From Octopus sinensis (lineage: Eukaryota): a stretch of DNA of 64,000 nucleotides. The position numbers and the translations under genes were made by a program. Below the pieces are notes generated by a model. The model was not told the origin of the DNA, did no database searches, and saw only the letters and a list, made by a program, of their open reading frames with translations. The stretch covers positions 18,414,001-18,478,000 of the forward strand of contig NC_043009.1 of NCBI RefSeq assembly GCF_006345805.1, in the 5' to 3' direction. Shown here one piece after another: positions 63,621-64,000 of the stretch. The number at the start of each line of letters is the position of its first letter. The stretch's first letter is position 1.

Positions 63621-64000
63621 ACGTTTTGGAAATTTAGTTGTGACATTATAACATTTTATGATATTGAATTTATAATGAACCATGCATGGAAATCATAAAT
63701 GTTAGATGGCTTTAAAAATCACTAGGAATAGATCCGTTTAATTAAAAGTTTAACGTTCTGACTTAACTGAGAGCGAATGTCCAATTTTTGCATCTATTAA
63801 TTTTCTGCAATACACCTGTACTCACACACATTTACTCCGATTATTGTTGATTTAGATAAAGTGCAATCAGAAATATATGCAAGAAAAAACATTTACAAAA
63901 TCACGTGAGAAATACTACAGACATTGTATTACTTAAATGACAAGAGAAACAACAAATAAATGAATAGCTTCAGCGTATATTGACCAGTGAATTATTTTCT

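Overview
This is AT-rich, microsatellite-dense eukaryotic DNA. The SINE families, repeat load and composition suggest an octopus/coleoid cephalopod genome; this is inference, no search was run. Most short ORFs in the supplied track are microsatellite or transposon artefacts. One host gene is well supported on the minus strand. It has three symmetric phase-1 exons: Sushi/CCP (43595-43912), EGF (40786-40908) and calcium-binding EGF (32081-32197). They splice in frame, but its 5' and 3' exons could not be fixed. The rest is a dense set of mostly decayed mobile elements: tRNA-derived SINEs (two families, some dimeric), RTE, Tx1/L1, R4/Dong-type and CRE-type non-LTR fragments, several Penelope-like (RT/GIY-YIG) fragments, Tc1/mariner, Helitron-like arrays, a Gypsy remnant and MITEs. 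The most notable signal is a set of hammerhead-ribozyme motifs. One has a canonical core (39797-39884), three are minimal variant-core copies in short (TA)n-embedded elements, and others are decayed copies in Penelope termini. Also notable are a pre-miRNA-sized hairpin, a MITE with a 9-bp target-site duplication (TSD) carrying octamer+CCAAT motifs at both ends, an intronic inverted SINE pair, a candidate recursive splice site/3-nt microexon, and a 1.48-kb tandem duplication that may be an assembly artefact. Boundaries of decayed elements are approximate.
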